A stretch of 64,000 nucleotides of DNA from Azolla caroliniana (lineage: Eukaryota > Plantae > Polypodiophyta). A program made the position numbers and the translations under genes. Below the pieces are notes generated by a model, which was given only the letters and a program-made list of their open reading frames with translations, did not search any database and was not told the DNA's origin. Positions within the stretch are counted from its first letter, which is position 1, and each line of letters begins with the position of its first letter. Of this stretch, positions 63,451-64,000 are shown piece by piece. The stretch is taken from the NCBI GenBank assembly GCA_043228905.1, contig JBHGNT010000021.1, positions 4,650,001 through 4,714,000 on the forward strand, written 5' to 3'.

Positions 63451-64000
63451 AATCTATCTATCTATCTATCTATCTCACTCTTTCCTTCTCTCAAGAATTC
63501 TACACCTTCCTTAGTACAAATCCTCATCTTTTAGTACTAATTCCTTCTCTATCTTAGTATTGTTCCTGACACCAAGAGGGTGAGATAATTTTGACGACTC
63601 CAATTGATCGTCAAGCCAGCTCCGACCAAATTATCGATCGACGAGCAGTAATCCAGTTGAGGAATTTCCGACCGTGAGAGAAGATCGATGGAGTTCCGGT
63701 CAACAAGAGTTTTTTCGGCATCGGCTTGTGGGTCTGACGTGCAATGCACTATCCCACAAGCGTGCCAAAAATGAAAGAGAAAGAGCTATGGTGATCGTCT
63801 TCTTCTCCCTCTGCTCATCCTCCTCCATACAAAAGCCTTTTGATGAAGATATGGGAAGAAGGAGACGATTGCCAGAGCTCTTTCTTGTTGTATCTTTGCA
63901 GGCCTCCTCTCTTGACCCTCTTCCTTGCCCCCGTTCTTGCCGAAAACCCTACGATCTCATCATTTCTCCGCTGAGGCCTCCCCGCCTCTGATCTCCAACG

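Larger units (their letters stand above)
50319..63571 (+). mobile_element. Element I: degenerate Tcn1-like chromovirus (G family), outermost element of the nest, interrupted by J
   Basis: pol remnants at 50319-51754 and 61970-62765 with chromodomain; PPT; 3' LTR 62758-63571 (TGTCATG...CCTGACA) homologous to the G LTR plus an insert. Confidence 0.9.

Noticed and set aside
63572-64000. Possible host gene or new element after the last LTR
   Set aside because: Too short and lacking diagnostic motifs; left unannotated.

Overview
This is eukaryotic, almost certainly plant, heterochromatin with no host gene. The element types suggest a non-seed land plant (inference). Bases 1-63571 resolve into one nest of transposons up to six levels deep. 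It holds (i) tRNA-Trp-primed, chromodomain-less Ty3/gypsy elements with 4-bp TSDs (Phygy-like by inference), including a very young gag-only element with a 1470-aa ORF; (ii) self-priming Tcn1-like chromoviruses; (iii) a tRNA-iMet-primed chromovirus; (iv) two related Ty1/copia elements; (v) a non-coding tRNA-Arg-primed LTR element; (vi) a foldback-type TIR DNA transposon with a 4-bp TSD; and (vii) an endonuclease-less Penelope-like retroelement with a hammerhead ribozyme and (TTAGGG)5, flanked by a ~1.7-kb direct duplication of its target. The most notable observations are these. Four different LTR families from two Ty3 lineages carry tRNA-like Pol III A/B-box cassettes, antisense in outer U3, at canonical 43-44-nt spacing. 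In the chromoviruses these sit next to heat-shock-element arrays. All six independent Trp-type insertions landed on a CpG-centred 4-mer. Lineage names come from motif recognition, not database searches.
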